In this document: positions 31,119 to 41,872 of the stretch, piece after piece
How positions within the stretch are numbered: position 1 is the first letter of the stretch
How the letters are laid out: each line of letters begins with the position of its first letter
From: a virus
IMG/VR virus record: IMGVR_UViG_3300025168_000033
Coordinates: 102,533 to 166,532 of that record
DNA: 64,000 nt
Reading direction: 5' to 3' (one strand)
Position numbers and translations under genes: made by a program
Notes under the pieces: generated by a model
What the model was told of the DNA's origin: nothing
The model's input: only the letters and a program-made list of their open reading frames with translations
Database searches by the model: none

Positions 31119-31679
31119 CTAGAATCTTTCGATAAAGTTATTCCAGTCCGAGTCAGTCTTTGCGACCATGTCGGATATCATACGTTTTAATCTTGCAAAG
31201 AATTCATTTTTTGTTGGAACTTTATACTTTCCAGAATAGAAAGATCGTACAGATTTTCCTTTTATAGAGTTGAAATCTCTTTCAATTAAATAATCCTGAA
31301 TCTTATTAAATCTAATATTCATTTCTGCTTTTGTAGGAACACAGCTTATGCTATCTACAACAACATAAAATTGTTTCTCATTATTATGAATATAGTCCAG
31401 TATTTCTTCTGTAGTTTTAGGCTTGAAATTAGAACTAAATTCAAGCTTTCTTTTTCTTGAATCTAATCCAGTTTTGAAACTCATATTCATGAAATAGTTT
31501 TTCAAAAAGAATACCGTATCGTAAAAATAAATTATCTTTACAAGATATTGTGGATTAGATTCATCGAACTTAACGTCTTTAATAACGACTTTTGCTGGAA
31601 TCAAAATATTAGGATATGATCCTGAACTTAATAATGCATGACCTATACCGCCTTTACGAATAAGATCGTGCTTAATCAT
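31119..31679 (-). CDS. Hypothetical protein
   Basis: 186 aa ORF, ATGA-coupled. Confidence 0.6.
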   Translation of the reverse strand: MIKHDLIRKGGIGHALLSSGSYPNILIPAKVVIKDVKFDESNPQYLVKIIYFYDTVFFLKNYFMNMSFKTGLDSRKRKLEFSSNFKPKTTEEILDYIHNNEKQFYVVVDSISCVPTKAEMNIRFNKIQDYLIERDFNSIKGKSVRSFYSGKYKVPTKNEFFARLKRMISDMVAKTDSDWNNFIERF

Positions 31680-32083
31680 TTTATAATTATTATTTCGTTA
31701 AAATTATCTTTGATGTCATCAATATATACGCTCTCATGTAAAATTAAATTCAATTCTACTTTATCAAAATATGCGCCTAATACTAGCTTCATGGATGATA
31801 TAATATCACTGTTAATTTCATCAACCTTATAGAATATTGATTCTATTTTTTGTGAATTAATTGACTTTTTTATTCTTGTAATAATGAAGAATTTTAAAAT
31901 ATCCTGAGTAGGTTTATTTTTATAGATGTCATTATTTTCTAGCTTTACAATTATTTCATTATGATTTATGATATCTATTTTAGGACTTTTCTTATAGAAC
32001 TTTCTAAAGTCCGCATCATCACATAAAACCAGATTAAATTCCTTTTTCATTTTTTTCTGGCTTTTAAATCTTCTCGCATCCAC
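31676..32083 (-). CDS. Hypothetical protein
   Basis: 135 aa ORF; true start may be the internal Met. Confidence 0.55.
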   Translation of the reverse strand: MDARRFKSQKKMKKEFNLVLCDDADFRKFYKKSPKIDIINHNEIIVKLENNDIYKNKPTQDILKFFIITRIKKSINSQKIESIFYKVDEINSDIISSMKLVLGAYFDKVELNLILHESVYIDDIKDNFNEIIIIK

Positions 32084-32385
32084 TTAAGATCGAGACTTAA
32101 TAATTTAATTTCAGCTTTTAATTCCTCGTCGGTCAATTCATAATTTTCACCATATTGAGTAGTAAATGATAGTCGTCTTCTTGAATTTTTACTTCCTAAA
32201 TCTATGCCTAAATCTTCACATAATTCATACATAAATAAATTAGTTTCTTCAAAATCTGTTGCAGCATCATCATTAAGATTATGCACAATTTTAGTTTCAA
32301 GAGCTTCACCAGCGCCATTTGAATTATCGTCAGTAATAGTTTTTATTACGCCGTTTGAGGCTATTTCAAGAATTATTTTATACAT
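32047..32385 (-). CDS. Hypothetical protein
   Basis: 112 aa ORF in operon. Confidence 0.6.
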   Translation of the reverse strand: MYKIILEIASNGVIKTITDDNSNGAGEALETKIVHNLNDDAATDFEETNLFMYELCEDLGIDLGSKNSRRRLSFTTQYGENYELTDEELKAEIKLLSLDLKWMREDLKARKK

Positions 32386-32536
32386 CTTCGTCGTCTATAT
32401 CTTCTATGTGATCGAATGCTTGTAAAAAATTAGAAACACATGCCGAACAAATTACTTGAGCTGCATCATGACCTACATTATTTACTATAGAATTACATTC
32501 TCTACATTTAAGTGATTTGCTATTATTGTTCATCAT
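32378..32536 (-). CDS. Small zinc-ribbon protein (52 aa)
   Basis: Hand-translated MMNNNSKSLKCRECNSIVNNVGHDAAQVICSACVSNFLQAFDHIEDIDDEDV; two CxxC motifs; fills the operon gap. Confidence 0.65.
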   Translation of the reverse strand: MMNNNSKSLKCRECNSIVNNVGHDAAQVICSACVSNFLQAFDHIEDIDDEDV

Positions 32537-32696
32537 TTCTTAATTGATCTTGTTGATTTTGTCTATGAATTTCTTTACCTCTTTTAATAGAATCCTTTTT
32601 AAATTCAGCATAAGATGCAGAATCCATTTTCTTTAAGATTTTTTCATAAGCTCTTCGCTGCTTACGAGATTGACTTTGTGGTGATCGTTTACTCAT
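32523..32696 (-). CDS. Small basic protein (57 aa)
   Basis: Hand-translated MSKRSPQSQSRKQRRAYEKILKKMDSASYAEFKKDSIKRGKEIHRQNQQDQLRNDEQ; fills the operon gap. Confidence 0.6.
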   Translation of the reverse strand: MSKRSPQSQSRKQRRAYEKILKKMDSASYAEFKKDSIKRGKEIHRQNQQDQLRNDEQ

Positions 32697-32702
32697 TTTA
32701 AT

Positions 32703-33371
32703 TTAGGATTTAGATTGTTTATATCGATTCTTTATTGTCTTTACCATTTCATCCATTAGCATTCTAATAATTGTTTTCTTATCCATTTTATCAAATACTA
32801 ATTCTGTAATTTCTTTAGCTACGTCCGAATCAGGAAATGATGCATTTAAAACATCATAAATTGCTTTCTGTGGAAGGTCTATAGTAACATTACAGGAAAC
32901 TTTTACAGAGTCAATTGATTTATTGGATTCTAAAACTAATCCAACTGGCGATTTTGTTTTTACTGATTTATTTACCTTTGGTTCCGTTGTTATTTTAGGA
33001 GTATCTAATGCATCCGAATATTCATTTCTTAATTCTGGTATTTGTTCTGGTGTTTTAGATATTACTGGTTCAACTGCGAGTCCTTTGATAAGATTAGCAT
33101 TTCTTGTCTGTATTTCTGCCGTATTGTCTGGGCCTGCTGAAATAGGGGTCATGCTTTCTTGTAAAGCACTAAGATTACAACGCCTACCACTTTTAAAAAT
33201 AGCAAAGCCGTTTTTAACTTCTATTAATTCTTCTACCCATCCAGAATTTTCTGTTTTGACCCATTCATATTTTGAACCAGGAAAAAAACTAAAATCTTTA
33301 GGTTGACTGGGTATATTGCCATTTTCATCCGCAGCCAGTTGTGGCTTTCCAAACATTGGATTTGAACTCAT
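32703..33371 (-). CDS. Hypothetical protein
   Basis: 222 aa ORF behind a class II promoter. Confidence 0.6.
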   Translation of the reverse strand: MSSNPMFGKPQLAADENGNIPSQPKDFSFFPGSKYEWVKTENSGWVEELIEVKNGFAIFKSGRRCNLSALQESMTPISAGPDNTAEIQTRNANLIKGLAVEPVISKTPEQIPELRNEYSDALDTPKITTEPKVNKSVKTKSPVGLVLESNKSIDSVKVSCNVTIDLPQKAIYDVLNASFPDSDVAKEITELVFDKMDKKTIIRMLMDEMVKTIKNRYKQSKS

Positions 33372-33388
33372 AAGTATGTATTTATTAA

Positions 33389-33418
33389 TTTATATACTAC
33401 AGAAATTTGAATGTTTCA
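33389..33418 (-). promoter_or_regulatory. Class II promoter TGAAAC-N15-(G)AATATAA
   Basis: TGAAAC ATTCAAATTTCTGTA GTATATAAA. Confidence 0.7.
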
Positions 33419-33420
33419 AA

Positions 33421-34491
33421 TTAAGTTATTATTATTCTTCTTTGAGCTACTGCAGCAGTAACAGTCCCATTTAAGGTAACATTTAAAGTAGTTGCACCAG
33501 TTGATGCAATAGTTAATGTTTCACTATTATAATCTGCTACAGATAGACTAGATTTTAATCTTATATAAACTGTTCTTGGCTCTGATGTAAGATCAGTGCC
33601 GGTTCTTCCTATTGATGCGGTGTTATTAAATCCACTTCCACTTGATAATGATATTTCATAATTAGTAGGCGCGCTTAATTGTGCATTTGCAGTTAAGTCA
33701 TCTCCGGATACGGTAAATGTTAATTCATTACTTGGTCCGTTTCCTTCCACATAAGTAAATCCGCTTACAGTATTTGTTGAAACCGTTAATGTTGGAGTTG
33801 CACTAGATGCTGCTAATATTTCCCAAGTATAGTTCGTTATTTTCTTATTATTAGCACCTGTCTTAGCTGAAACGACTATAGATCCAGCAGGAAGAACGTT
33901 AGTAGCACAAGCTACCATATAATAAGCAGCATTTAGTTGACCTTCTTTATAAGCAGATACAGTAGTTCCATTTATAGTACTTATTGCTCCATTTGGATTT
34001 TGACCATTACTTTGAGTAAAACCAGCTAATTGCATCAACGATCCTGCAGTAACTCCCGTCCGTGTTCTGGTATGTGTATTAGCTATTAAACCACCACCTT
34101 CAGCTGCAGTTGAATTAGATACCACTCCTATTCCTGATGCTCCAGTAAAAGACTGAACTACAGCAATTACTGGACTATTTACAGTTGATGTATGTGTTAT
34201 AACAATGTTATTATTCCCAGTAGAAGGATTCTTCAAAAAGTAAGATCTATGTCGATTTTGTCCTGAAGTAAAGTTCTGTATAGCACCTGAGTTAGAGGTA
34301 GAAGCTGTCATCGATACTCCATCATAGGTCACACTTTGAATATTTTCACCGGATGACATTGCTATTGAAATAACTAAAAGTCTGTCGTCTCCAGTATTTT
34401 GGTTATGATTAAATGTTTTACTAGCTGCAGTGTTCCAACTACCCGCTGAAGTATATCTATTATATGTAGTAGTCCCTCTTGCTATTGCCAT
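33421..34491 (-). CDS. Virion appendage protein with C-terminal Ig-like domain of Bacteroidota type
   Basis: S/T/G-rich beta protein; PTLTVS...GFTYVEGNGPS...FTVSG..LT...APTNYEISL resembles repeats in flavobacterial surface proteins. Confidence 0.6.
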   Translation of the reverse strand: MAIARGTTTYNRYTSAGSWNTAASKTFNHNQNTGDDRLLVISIAMSSGENIQSVTYDGVSMTASTSNSGAIQNFTSGQNRHRSYFLKNPSTGNNNIVITHTSTVNSPVIAVVQSFTGASGIGVVSNSTAAEGGGLIANTHTRTRTGVTAGSLMQLAGFTQSNGQNPNGAISTINGTTVSAYKEGQLNAAYYMVACATNVLPAGSIVVSAKTGANNKKITNYTWEILAASSATPTLTVSTNTVSGFTYVEGNGPSNELTFTVSGDDLTANAQLSAPTNYEISLSSGSGFNNTASIGRTGTDLTSEPRTVYIRLKSSLSVADYNSETLTIASTGATTLNVTLNGTVTAAVAQRRIIIT

Positions 34492-34492
34492 C

Positions 34493-34768
34493 TTATAGTT
34501 GGTTTATATTAGTTATATTTGGATATAGATTGTCATCGTGGGTAGTAGTTTCTCTAGCTTCATAAACTATATTATGCACTTCAAAAAACCCGATATATGT
34601 AATTTCTCTAGCATCAAGCTTAGTTAAATTTTCACCAATAAACTTTCCTAGCTTAGAGTCATAATCTTCATTTATACTCTTAATTATAGCAGGGTCTGTA
34701 GTTTGTCCTATAGGAGTTTGAATAAAGCCTTCTTCATGACCTTCTATTTTGCTTATAATTGTTATCAT
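34493..34768 (-). CDS. Hypothetical protein (fibre-associated)
   Basis: 91 aa ORF in fibre cluster. Confidence 0.5.
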   Translation of the reverse strand: MITIISKIEGHEEGFIQTPIGQTTDPAIIKSINEDYDSKLGKFIGENLTKLDAREITYIGFFEVHNIVYEARETTTHDDNLYPNITNINQL

Positions 34769-34817
34769 TCTAGATATTATTTTTATTTATTAATTTTAAA
34801 TGCATTGTATATTTATT

Positions 34818-36434
34818 TTAATCTTCCGTGTATAATATATTTATAGTCACTGTTTGTGCAGAAGCTGCTTCTGGTATAGATAAAAATATCCATTTATCAG
34901 CAGGTATGTCAGGATCTGTAGCAAAATTTACATCTGCTTCAGTTACAGCAGTTAATGTTTCAACCGTTCCTATTGCATAACCAGAACTAAGAGCCATATC
35001 AGGTGACCAATATAATCGAACATCAACATCCCCAGAACTCGTTAAGGCGCCTTTAACTTGTGTAATTGTTATTGCTACGTCTGTTCTAAATATAGGAATC
35101 CAATCATCGGCTACAGGAGCTTCTAATGTTATTGTTTTAGTCAAGCTAGGTCCTATCATTGCTCTTACTTGAGTAACCGTTAAGTCAGCTGGAGCCGCAG
35201 CACTACCAGTATTATTACCTTTAATTCTATATGCAGGCATATTTGCCGACATAGCATTTGTAATACTACCAGAAGCTGGTGTTCCACCGGCTAATAAATC
35301 AACCTTCACAGTTCGAGTTTTATGGAACCATAAATTAGTACCGTTAAACCACATTTCACCCGGTAGTATAGGATTATTCGTTGCACTCTGCACACCGCCA
35401 TTATCTTCTCGATCTTCACTAGTAAATAATGATAACTGTGATCGGTATTTATCACCTGTTGCAAGATTCAACCAACTACTACCATGCCATCCATAAGTTG
35501 TTCCACCAGTAGATTGACCCGGTAATAATGAATTGCCGCTATTATTTTGTCCACCGATTTTTATGTATCCACCAAAACCTCCAGTATCATGCTCACCATA
35601 AGCTCTCAAATATGCAAATGAGTCGTTAGTACCAATAAAAGTATCAAAGTCAGCAAGAGCACCCTTATTAATAAAATACCATGCGTCATCGGTATTAGGA
35701 GAAGCAGCATCCGAGTTAGACCATGCTTCAGTAAATGAAATATTATTAACTTTATTGTTAATTCCTGTTGATCCTATTTCTATTTTTGTATTAGTATTTG
35801 TTGAATTTATTATGTCACCAGGAGTTGTAATATCACCAGTAGTATCCGCTATAGTTATTAATGAATCCTGTATAAGTCCGCCAGTAGTAGAATCATATCT
35901 TGCAATAGCATTATCCGTAGAACTTGCAGGTCCTTCAACAAATCCAAGTATTGTTTTTGCTTGAGCCTTAGTAAGATCTATAGGATTTCCACTAGATATA
36001 GCACCTTTAATAGTATTTGCCGCCATTATTGCAAGCTTACTATTATTGACATTACTTGCGGCTATTTTACTTACAGTTACATTTGCATCTAATATTTTTA
36101 TTGTTGTAATTGCATCATTTGCAATAGTAATTGCACCAGTATTACTAATTGTAGCATCACCACTTAATGTTCTTGCGGTTGCAACATTACTTCCATTACC
36201 TACAAGTATTTGCGCACTATTTAATACTGATGACAATCCGGTTCCGAGTTCAGTCCATATGGCATTTGATGTAGTAGAATCAACACAAACATATACCTTG
36301 TTAGCATTAATATCTATCCAACGTGAACCTACTGAATATCCAGCAGAATCGTCATCTGATGCACCTGGATTTCCAGTGGCTGAGAAATTATTTCCCTTTA
36401 TTTTTGCAGCATTTATATTTGGTGTAGCACTCAT
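34818..36434 (-). CDS. Tail fibre protein
   Basis: PGASDDDSAGYSVGSRW, GPASSTDNAIARYDSTTG and LSGDATISNTG are common phage fibre modules. Confidence 0.75.
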   Translation of the reverse strand: MSATPNINAAKIKGNNFSATGNPGASDDDSAGYSVGSRWIDINANKVYVCVDSTTSNAIWTELGTGLSSVLNSAQILVGNGSNVATARTLSGDATISNTGAITIANDAITTIKILDANVTVSKIAASNVNNSKLAIMAANTIKGAISSGNPIDLTKAQAKTILGFVEGPASSTDNAIARYDSTTGGLIQDSLITIADTTGDITTPGDIINSTNTNTKIEIGSTGINNKVNNISFTEAWSNSDAASPNTDDAWYFINKGALADFDTFIGTNDSFAYLRAYGEHDTGGFGGYIKIGGQNNSGNSLLPGQSTGGTTYGWHGSSWLNLATGDKYRSQLSLFTSEDREDNGGVQSATNNPILPGEMWFNGTNLWFHKTRTVKVDLLAGGTPASGSITNAMSANMPAYRIKGNNTGSAAAPADLTVTQVRAMIGPSLTKTITLEAPVADDWIPIFRTDVAITITQVKGALTSSGDVDVRLYWSPDMALSSGYAIGTVETLTAVTEADVNFATDPDIPADKWIFLSIPEAASAQTVTINILYTED

Positions 36435-36613
36435 ATCGTATTATTTTCTTTTAGTATTTCTAGCCATTCGGTATATTCTGCAGGTGGTTCATCACTCCAA
36501 TACCAACCATTTTTTTCAATCTTATTATCTTTTGTGATAATCGTTCCGTCTGGAAATCCCACTCTGCCTGCTGAATTCCATTTATCATTTTCTTCGTTGT
36601 ATATATAGAACAT
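36431..36613 (-). CDS. Small fibre-associated protein
   Basis: 60 aa, ATGA-coupled, follows BspA-like gene. Confidence 0.5.
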   Translation of the reverse strand: MFYIYNEENDKWNSAGRVGFPDGTIITKDNKIEKNGWYWSDEPPAEYTEWLEILKENNTI

Positions 36614-36632
36614 AATTTTAGTTTTTATTTTA

Positions 36633-38264
36633 TTATGTAATTGCTACCGTCCATCCTCTTGCTGTTGCTATTGCTATCTCTGCACTTGTAACTGCAGCGG
36701 ATCCTGGATTGTTTTGAACATTTATTGTCTGAGCACCATTTGCTGTACCTAAATTATTAAAAATAACTACAATCTGTGCTCGTTCTAAGTTACAATATCT
36801 ATATGAATGCCCTACAGTTAGGTTGGTTATTAATACTTCTTGTAAAGAATTGGCACCTTGAAACCAATTTCCGCAACTTGTTATATTGGAACCGTCCCAT
36901 GCAGGTATTTTTACCAGACTCTGCATACCGTCAAAGCAAGTATTAAAAGTTGTAGTAGTTGTATTAATTACAATATTAGGCAGTTCTTCTAGTGAAACAC
37001 TAGAATTAAATCCTCTAATTATTGAAGTTGGGGGTGTGCCATTAAAGTTTCCCCACTTTTTTAACTGACTAGCACCTTGCGAAAAATAGGTCATACCTCC
37101 TGAACCTAATTGTGCAGGACTTTTTCTAAGACCGCTATATATAAACATATAGCTCATATTGGTTGAACTGCTAAAATCAAATGCGCTTAAATCATCTATC
37201 CTATATGTGTTCCTAAACATCATTTGAGTATTAGTTGCATTAGAACAGTCAAATACTTTTACTTCTTCTAAATTAATGCACTTATCAAACATATGACTAG
37301 TATTTGTTAAGTTATTTGGGAATGTTGCATTGCAGCTTATTAGATTTGTACAATCAGAAAACATATTATTAACAGTCGTTGCATTTGAACAGTCTAAATT
37401 AAAGTCTCCTCCCCACTTATTTCCTGAAAATACAGAATTAAAGTTTTGAATATTAGAACAACTTGCAATCGGACAAACCATTAGCCTAGTACAAGTAAAA
37501 AACATGAATTGAATGCTAGTAAGGTTAGGAGCATCAGCATCCAGACTCCAAGGTTCTATGTATTCTATAGCGTAGCAATTATAAAACATGTCCCTAACTT
37601 CTGTAGCACTAGATAAATCTAATTTTGGAACTTCTAATAATAATTGACATTGACGAAAACACCTATAAAAATTAGTAACATTAGAAGTATCTATTCCAAC
37701 TACCCTTTGTAATCTGTAACTTACATAAAATGCTTGCGACATGTTTGTAACATTACAAGTTCCCACAAATTCAAATTGCTCTAATCCTTTATTATTATAA
37801 AAACTGTTACTTAAGGATGTGACATTAGAACTTGCCATTTTACAATCAATGATATTCATATTTCCCGTTCCATCATAATCATCAGCTGGATTCAGCAAGT
37901 TACCCATAACAAAGGAAGTAAGGTTTTGCCCAGATTGAGGTGTTAATGTAACTATTGCCTGTCTATATCCTTCAGTAGTTTGTGTTGTTGCTGAAATATG
38001 TGTAAAGTCAATGGAATAGTCAGCGTTTGCTCCAGAAGAATAGTTTACTGAACCCTGTCCATCACCCCAATCAACAGTATAATCACCTGCCGCTTGTAAT
38101 CTTATGTGATTGCCAAACTTTTCATATATCTTAACTAGTAGATAAACTTTTTGATCACCATTAGATAATGCAGGTAAATCTAAATATTCAGGATTCCGAA
38201 TATACTTTCTGTAGGACTTTTTACCTCCTAACATTCTTCCGCTACTTACTATTATATTTGCCAT
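36633..38264 (-). CDS. BspA/DUF285-like leucine-rich repeat surface protein
   Basis: ~23-aa repeats (DTSNVTNFYRCFRQC, DLSSATEVRDMFYNC, DCSNATTVNNMFSDC) and N-terminal YTVDWGDG. Confidence 0.8.
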   Translation of the reverse strand: MANIIVSSGRMLGGKKSYRKYIRNPEYLDLPALSNGDQKVYLLVKIYEKFGNHIRLQAAGDYTVDWGDGQGSVNYSSGANADYSIDFTHISATTQTTEGYRQAIVTLTPQSGQNLTSFVMGNLLNPADDYDGTGNMNIIDCKMASSNVTSLSNSFYNNKGLEQFEFVGTCNVTNMSQAFYVSYRLQRVVGIDTSNVTNFYRCFRQCQLLLEVPKLDLSSATEVRDMFYNCYAIEYIEPWSLDADAPNLTSIQFMFFTCTRLMVCPIASCSNIQNFNSVFSGNKWGGDFNLDCSNATTVNNMFSDCTNLISCNATFPNNLTNTSHMFDKCINLEEVKVFDCSNATNTQMMFRNTYRIDDLSAFDFSSSTNMSYMFIYSGLRKSPAQLGSGGMTYFSQGASQLKKWGNFNGTPPTSIIRGFNSSVSLEELPNIVINTTTTTFNTCFDGMQSLVKIPAWDGSNITSCGNWFQGANSLQEVLITNLTVGHSYRYCNLERAQIVVIFNNLGTANGAQTINVQNNPGSAAVTSAEIAIATARGWTVAIT

Positions 38265-38279
38265 AATTTATGTTATTTA

Positions 38280-39242
38280 TCATCCTCTAATTAATCTAAC
38301 CCAAGTGTTATCAGCTACTGCTGTAAACCAATAGTCACCATTATAATGTGATTGTCCTTGGTAAGTTCCTGTTATTGTTGAACCTGTATACACACCATTA
38401 ACATTCCAATTAGAAGTAGTATTCAATAAAGTTGCTACAGAACCAGTGCTTGAAATATATTGATCTATTATTGGAACTTCTGTAATTTGTCCAGTTCCAG
38501 CACTAGTTTTACCTAGCATACAGGCTTGGGAAACATCTTGCATCTTAGAATAGGTAACCTTATCAGCTCCTATAGTAATTACTCCAGCATTAGTTATTGT
38601 AGCATCACCACTCATTGCTACCGATGCAGCAGCATTTGAGGCATCACCTACAAATATTTGACCATTATTTAATGCAGGTATAGATGACGTAAGATCTAAT
38701 AATCCTTGAACTGTATCTTTCTTTAAATTATCTGAATCACTAGCATCACCATAAATAATATAATCACTAGCAGTAATAGTTGTATCGGTTCTATTACTAA
38801 TCGATGTCTTAGCTAAAACCTGAGCACCATCAGCAGTTGAAGTAACTTCTCCTGTATGATTTGGATGCACATAATTATTTGCACCCGCGGTAACATTTAT
38901 TAAAGTTAATATTGCAGCGGCATCTAATTCCTGTACTACACTTCCAGCACCATTATCATTTCCTAAAATAACATTATTTGCAGCAACATTCTGTATATTC
39001 GAATAATTAATTGTTCCTACCTGAATATTATCAGCATTAACGGTTATTGTTGCATCGGCGGCAGCAATATTATATTGACTACTAGAAAATACCATTCCAG
39101 CACCGCCAGCACCTGACAATTGACCGTAATTTATTCCGTCTGTTGCTGCCGTACCCGCGGCAAGATTCTCTACTTTTTTTGAAGAACCTGTAAATGTTAT
39201 TTTACTGTCATAAGATATTTGACCATTCTTTAACTTTGGCAT
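38280..39242 (-). CDS. Tail fibre protein
   Basis: VENLAAGTAATDGINYGQL (trimeric neck-like), NNYVHPNHTG and MSGDATITNAG motifs. Confidence 0.7.
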   Translation of the reverse strand: MPKLKNGQISYDSKITFTGSSKKVENLAAGTAATDGINYGQLSGAGGAGMVFSSSQYNIAAADATITVNADNIQVGTINYSNIQNVAANNVILGNDNGAGSVVQELDAAAILTLINVTAGANNYVHPNHTGEVTSTADGAQVLAKTSISNRTDTTITASDYIIYGDASDSDNLKKDTVQGLLDLTSSIPALNNGQIFVGDASNAAASVAMSGDATITNAGVITIGADKVTYSKMQDVSQACMLGKTSAGTGQITEVPIIDQYISSTGSVATLLNTTSNWNVNGVYTGSTITGTYQGQSHYNGDYWFTAVADNTWVRLIRG

Positions 39243-39266
39243 ACTGTGTTTTATATTTTGTTTTTA

Positions 39267-41807
39267 TTATACTTGTTGTTCATAGTAAAATGATATTAAA
39301 TCTGTTGTTGTAAGATCCATTCCATATATAGTTCCATTCCAATAGAACTTATCACCGAATACTATATCAACCCAATTTTTTGCAGGTGATGTAGAAGTAG
39401 AACTAAAGTATCCATCACAACCAGTTTTAGTTCCATCACCTAACTTGATAATCTGACCATTAATAGTTACAAATACATGGCCATCATTAGCCGGCGTTTT
39501 AGATATTATTGTGCCTGTATCGGCATCATCACCAGTAGTTGCAGCAGATGCCATATTCTTATTAAAGCCTGTTGAAAATGTTCCAGCGCCATCAGCACCA
39601 GTCATTCCTGTAGATCCAGTAGCTCCAGCAACGCCAATACCTGTCATTCCAGTAGGACCTGTAGCTCCAATACCAACAAGCTTAGTTAAGTTAGCATCAA
39701 AATTATTATATGTTATTGTGACTGCTTGATCTGCCTTTAAACGAATTTCAACTACATCATTAGCAACTAATGTTAATAATTTTGACATGGAAAACGAATA
39801 ATTAAATCCACTAGTTTCAAAGAAATTTGATGTGTCTGATCCAGCAATCAATAATCCATTTACATATATTGCAGCTGAAATATTTACATTATTCTGATTA
39901 GCTGATAATGAAAATGTAGCATCAAATTGATAAGCTCCACCATACAGTGTAGGAATTGTAAAATTATCACCAATTATACCTGATCCAGTTGCATATACAA
40001 GCCATCTATATTCACCTCTGGCAGTTCCAGTAATTCCGACATAAGATGTTGTAATTGCCGCAGTAGTTGAACTACCAGACGCAATACTCCATTCTCCATA
40101 GGTAACATCACCAGATACCTGTATCTCTGCACCAGTTGCACCAGCAGAACCAGTAGCACCTTTAAGACTAATAGGAGTTACTCCGGCAAATGTACCAGAG
40201 TTTTTAGGTCCGAAAAGTACAGTTTGAGATGTATCTAACCAGTAGTCACCAGTAGAGCCTAGACTATCATCAAAAGGTGCAACTCCTCTTATTATTCGTG
40301 TCCCTGTACCAGTAGGACCAGTAATTCCTGTTGCGCCTGTTTCACCAGCGCCTGGAATTCCAACAGCTACTACAGACCAGTCAACAGATGAATATGGTCC
40401 AATAAAAGATTTATATAATGGAGCTCCTAGTGATATAGTACCATTGAAACCGTTATATGCAATTACTATAGATTCTGTAAAATGAGAAATATCAACTGAA
40501 TCTATTATTCTAACTCTTTGTCCGGGTGCAAAATTTCTCAGTAATGGCAGAGTCCCAGTTAAAGTTATAGCTGTATTGTCTATTTCTATCGCTGGTCCTT
40601 GGTATCTTGTAAATAGACCACCACCACCTGTAGCACCTGTAGGCCCAGGCAAACCTGCACCTGTTTCACCAGTAGCTCCAGTAATATCTAATGATGTCGA
40701 TGGCCAATTGCCGGAAGTTTTAGGACCGTATAATTGTTTAGTAGAAGTATCTAACCAATAGTCACCATCACTACCAATAGCATTAGCTGGTGGTGTAATT
40801 CCATTTAGAATTGCGGCACCGTCAGGACCAGTCATTCCTGTTGCTCCTGTTTCACCAGCACCTGTTTCACCAGTAATACCTATACCAGCCATACCTGTAA
40901 TAGAAATATCCCAAGTATTTGATGAATATGAGCCAGACCCCCAGGTTCTATATAACGGTGCATCTAAAACTATTGCACCCGTAGAATTATCGTATGAAAA
41001 TATTTGAGATTCAAAAAATTTAGTAATATCATTAGGATTCACAACTCTAACTCGTTGACCAGCAATAAATGCTCTATTTATAGGGGTTGTAGCTGGAAAT
41101 GATACAGCAACACTCTGAACAACAATACTAGTTGCATTATACTTTGCAGTATAATCTGAGCCAGCACCAGTCATTCCTGTCATTCCAGTCATTCCAGTAG
41201 CACCGGTTTCACCCGCACCAGTCATTCCTGTCATACCTGTCATACCAGTAGGGCCTGGAACATTTGATACTCCGTCAGCACCAGTCATTCCAGTAGCACC
41301 AGTCACACCACCACCAGTCATTCCTGTCATACCTGTCATACCAGTAGGGCCTGGAACATTTGATACTCCAGGAATTCCTCGAAGTCCATCAGCACCTGTC
41401 ATACCGGTAGCACCTGTCATACCTGTCATACCAGTCATACCAGTCATTCCAGTAGATCCAGCAGGACCAGGCACAATAGAATCAGCACCTGTCATTCCTG
41501 TCATTCCTGTAGCACCGGCAGGACCAGCACCTACACCGGTTTCTCCAGCAGGACCTTGAGTTCCGTTACCTATAGATTCCCAGTCGTCAGTAGCATCAAA
41601 TGTAGAAAATGTAAGAACATCCCTTTTTGCTCGCCACCAGCTTACTGAACCTGAACCTGCATTTTCATAGAGTACAGTCATACCCTCAAGATAAGGATAA
41701 TTTTGAGTCCATTCATTAGGATATCGCCAGTTATTATCGTGTTCGGCATGAGTTAGATTTCGATCTATATCTAATCTAAAAATTACCTTATTTGGTTTAT
41801 TAGCCAT
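39267..41807 (-). CDS. Collagen-like fibre protein with duplicated globular modules
   Basis: Long G-X-T runs (GMT, GAT, GPT, GET); duplicated GQRVR and GDYWLDTS...GPK modules; C-terminal BclA/C1q-like beta domain. Confidence 0.85.
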   Translation of the reverse strand: MANKPNKVIFRLDIDRNLTHAEHDNNWRYPNEWTQNYPYLEGMTVLYENAGSGSVSWWRAKRDVLTFSTFDATDDWESIGNGTQGPAGETGVGAGPAGATGMTGMTGADSIVPGPAGSTGMTGMTGMTGMTGATGMTGADGLRGIPGVSNVPGPTGMTGMTGMTGGGVTGATGMTGADGVSNVPGPTGMTGMTGMTGAGETGATGMTGMTGMTGAGSDYTAKYNATSIVVQSVAVSFPATTPINRAFIAGQRVRVVNPNDITKFFESQIFSYDNSTGAIVLDAPLYRTWGSGSYSSNTWDISITGMAGIGITGETGAGETGATGMTGPDGAAILNGITPPANAIGSDGDYWLDTSTKQLYGPKTSGNWPSTSLDITGATGETGAGLPGPTGATGGGGLFTRYQGPAIEIDNTAITLTGTLPLLRNFAPGQRVRIIDSVDISHFTESIVIAYNGFNGTISLGAPLYKSFIGPYSSVDWSVVAVGIPGAGETGATGITGPTGTGTRIIRGVAPFDDSLGSTGDYWLDTSQTVLFGPKNSGTFAGVTPISLKGATGSAGATGAEIQVSGDVTYGEWSIASGSSTTAAITTSYVGITGTARGEYRWLVYATGSGIIGDNFTIPTLYGGAYQFDATFSLSANQNNVNISAAIYVNGLLIAGSDTSNFFETSGFNYSFSMSKLLTLVANDVVEIRLKADQAVTITYNNFDANLTKLVGIGATGPTGMTGIGVAGATGSTGMTGADGAGTFSTGFNKNMASAATTGDDADTGTIISKTPANDGHVFVTINGQIIKLGDGTKTGCDGYFSSTSTSPAKNWVDIVFGDKFYWNGTIYGMDLTTTDLISFYYEQQV
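41160..41570. repeat. 9-bp collagen (GMT) tandem repeats with a ~55-bp internal duplication
   Basis: Repeated cagtcattc/ctgtcatac units; GVSNVPGPTGMTGMTGMTG is encoded twice. Confidence 0.9.
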
Positions 41808-41872
41808 TTATTGAAGTTTTTCTTTTTTTATATATTCAAGTTCAATTTTTAGTATTATTCATTTATCAATTA

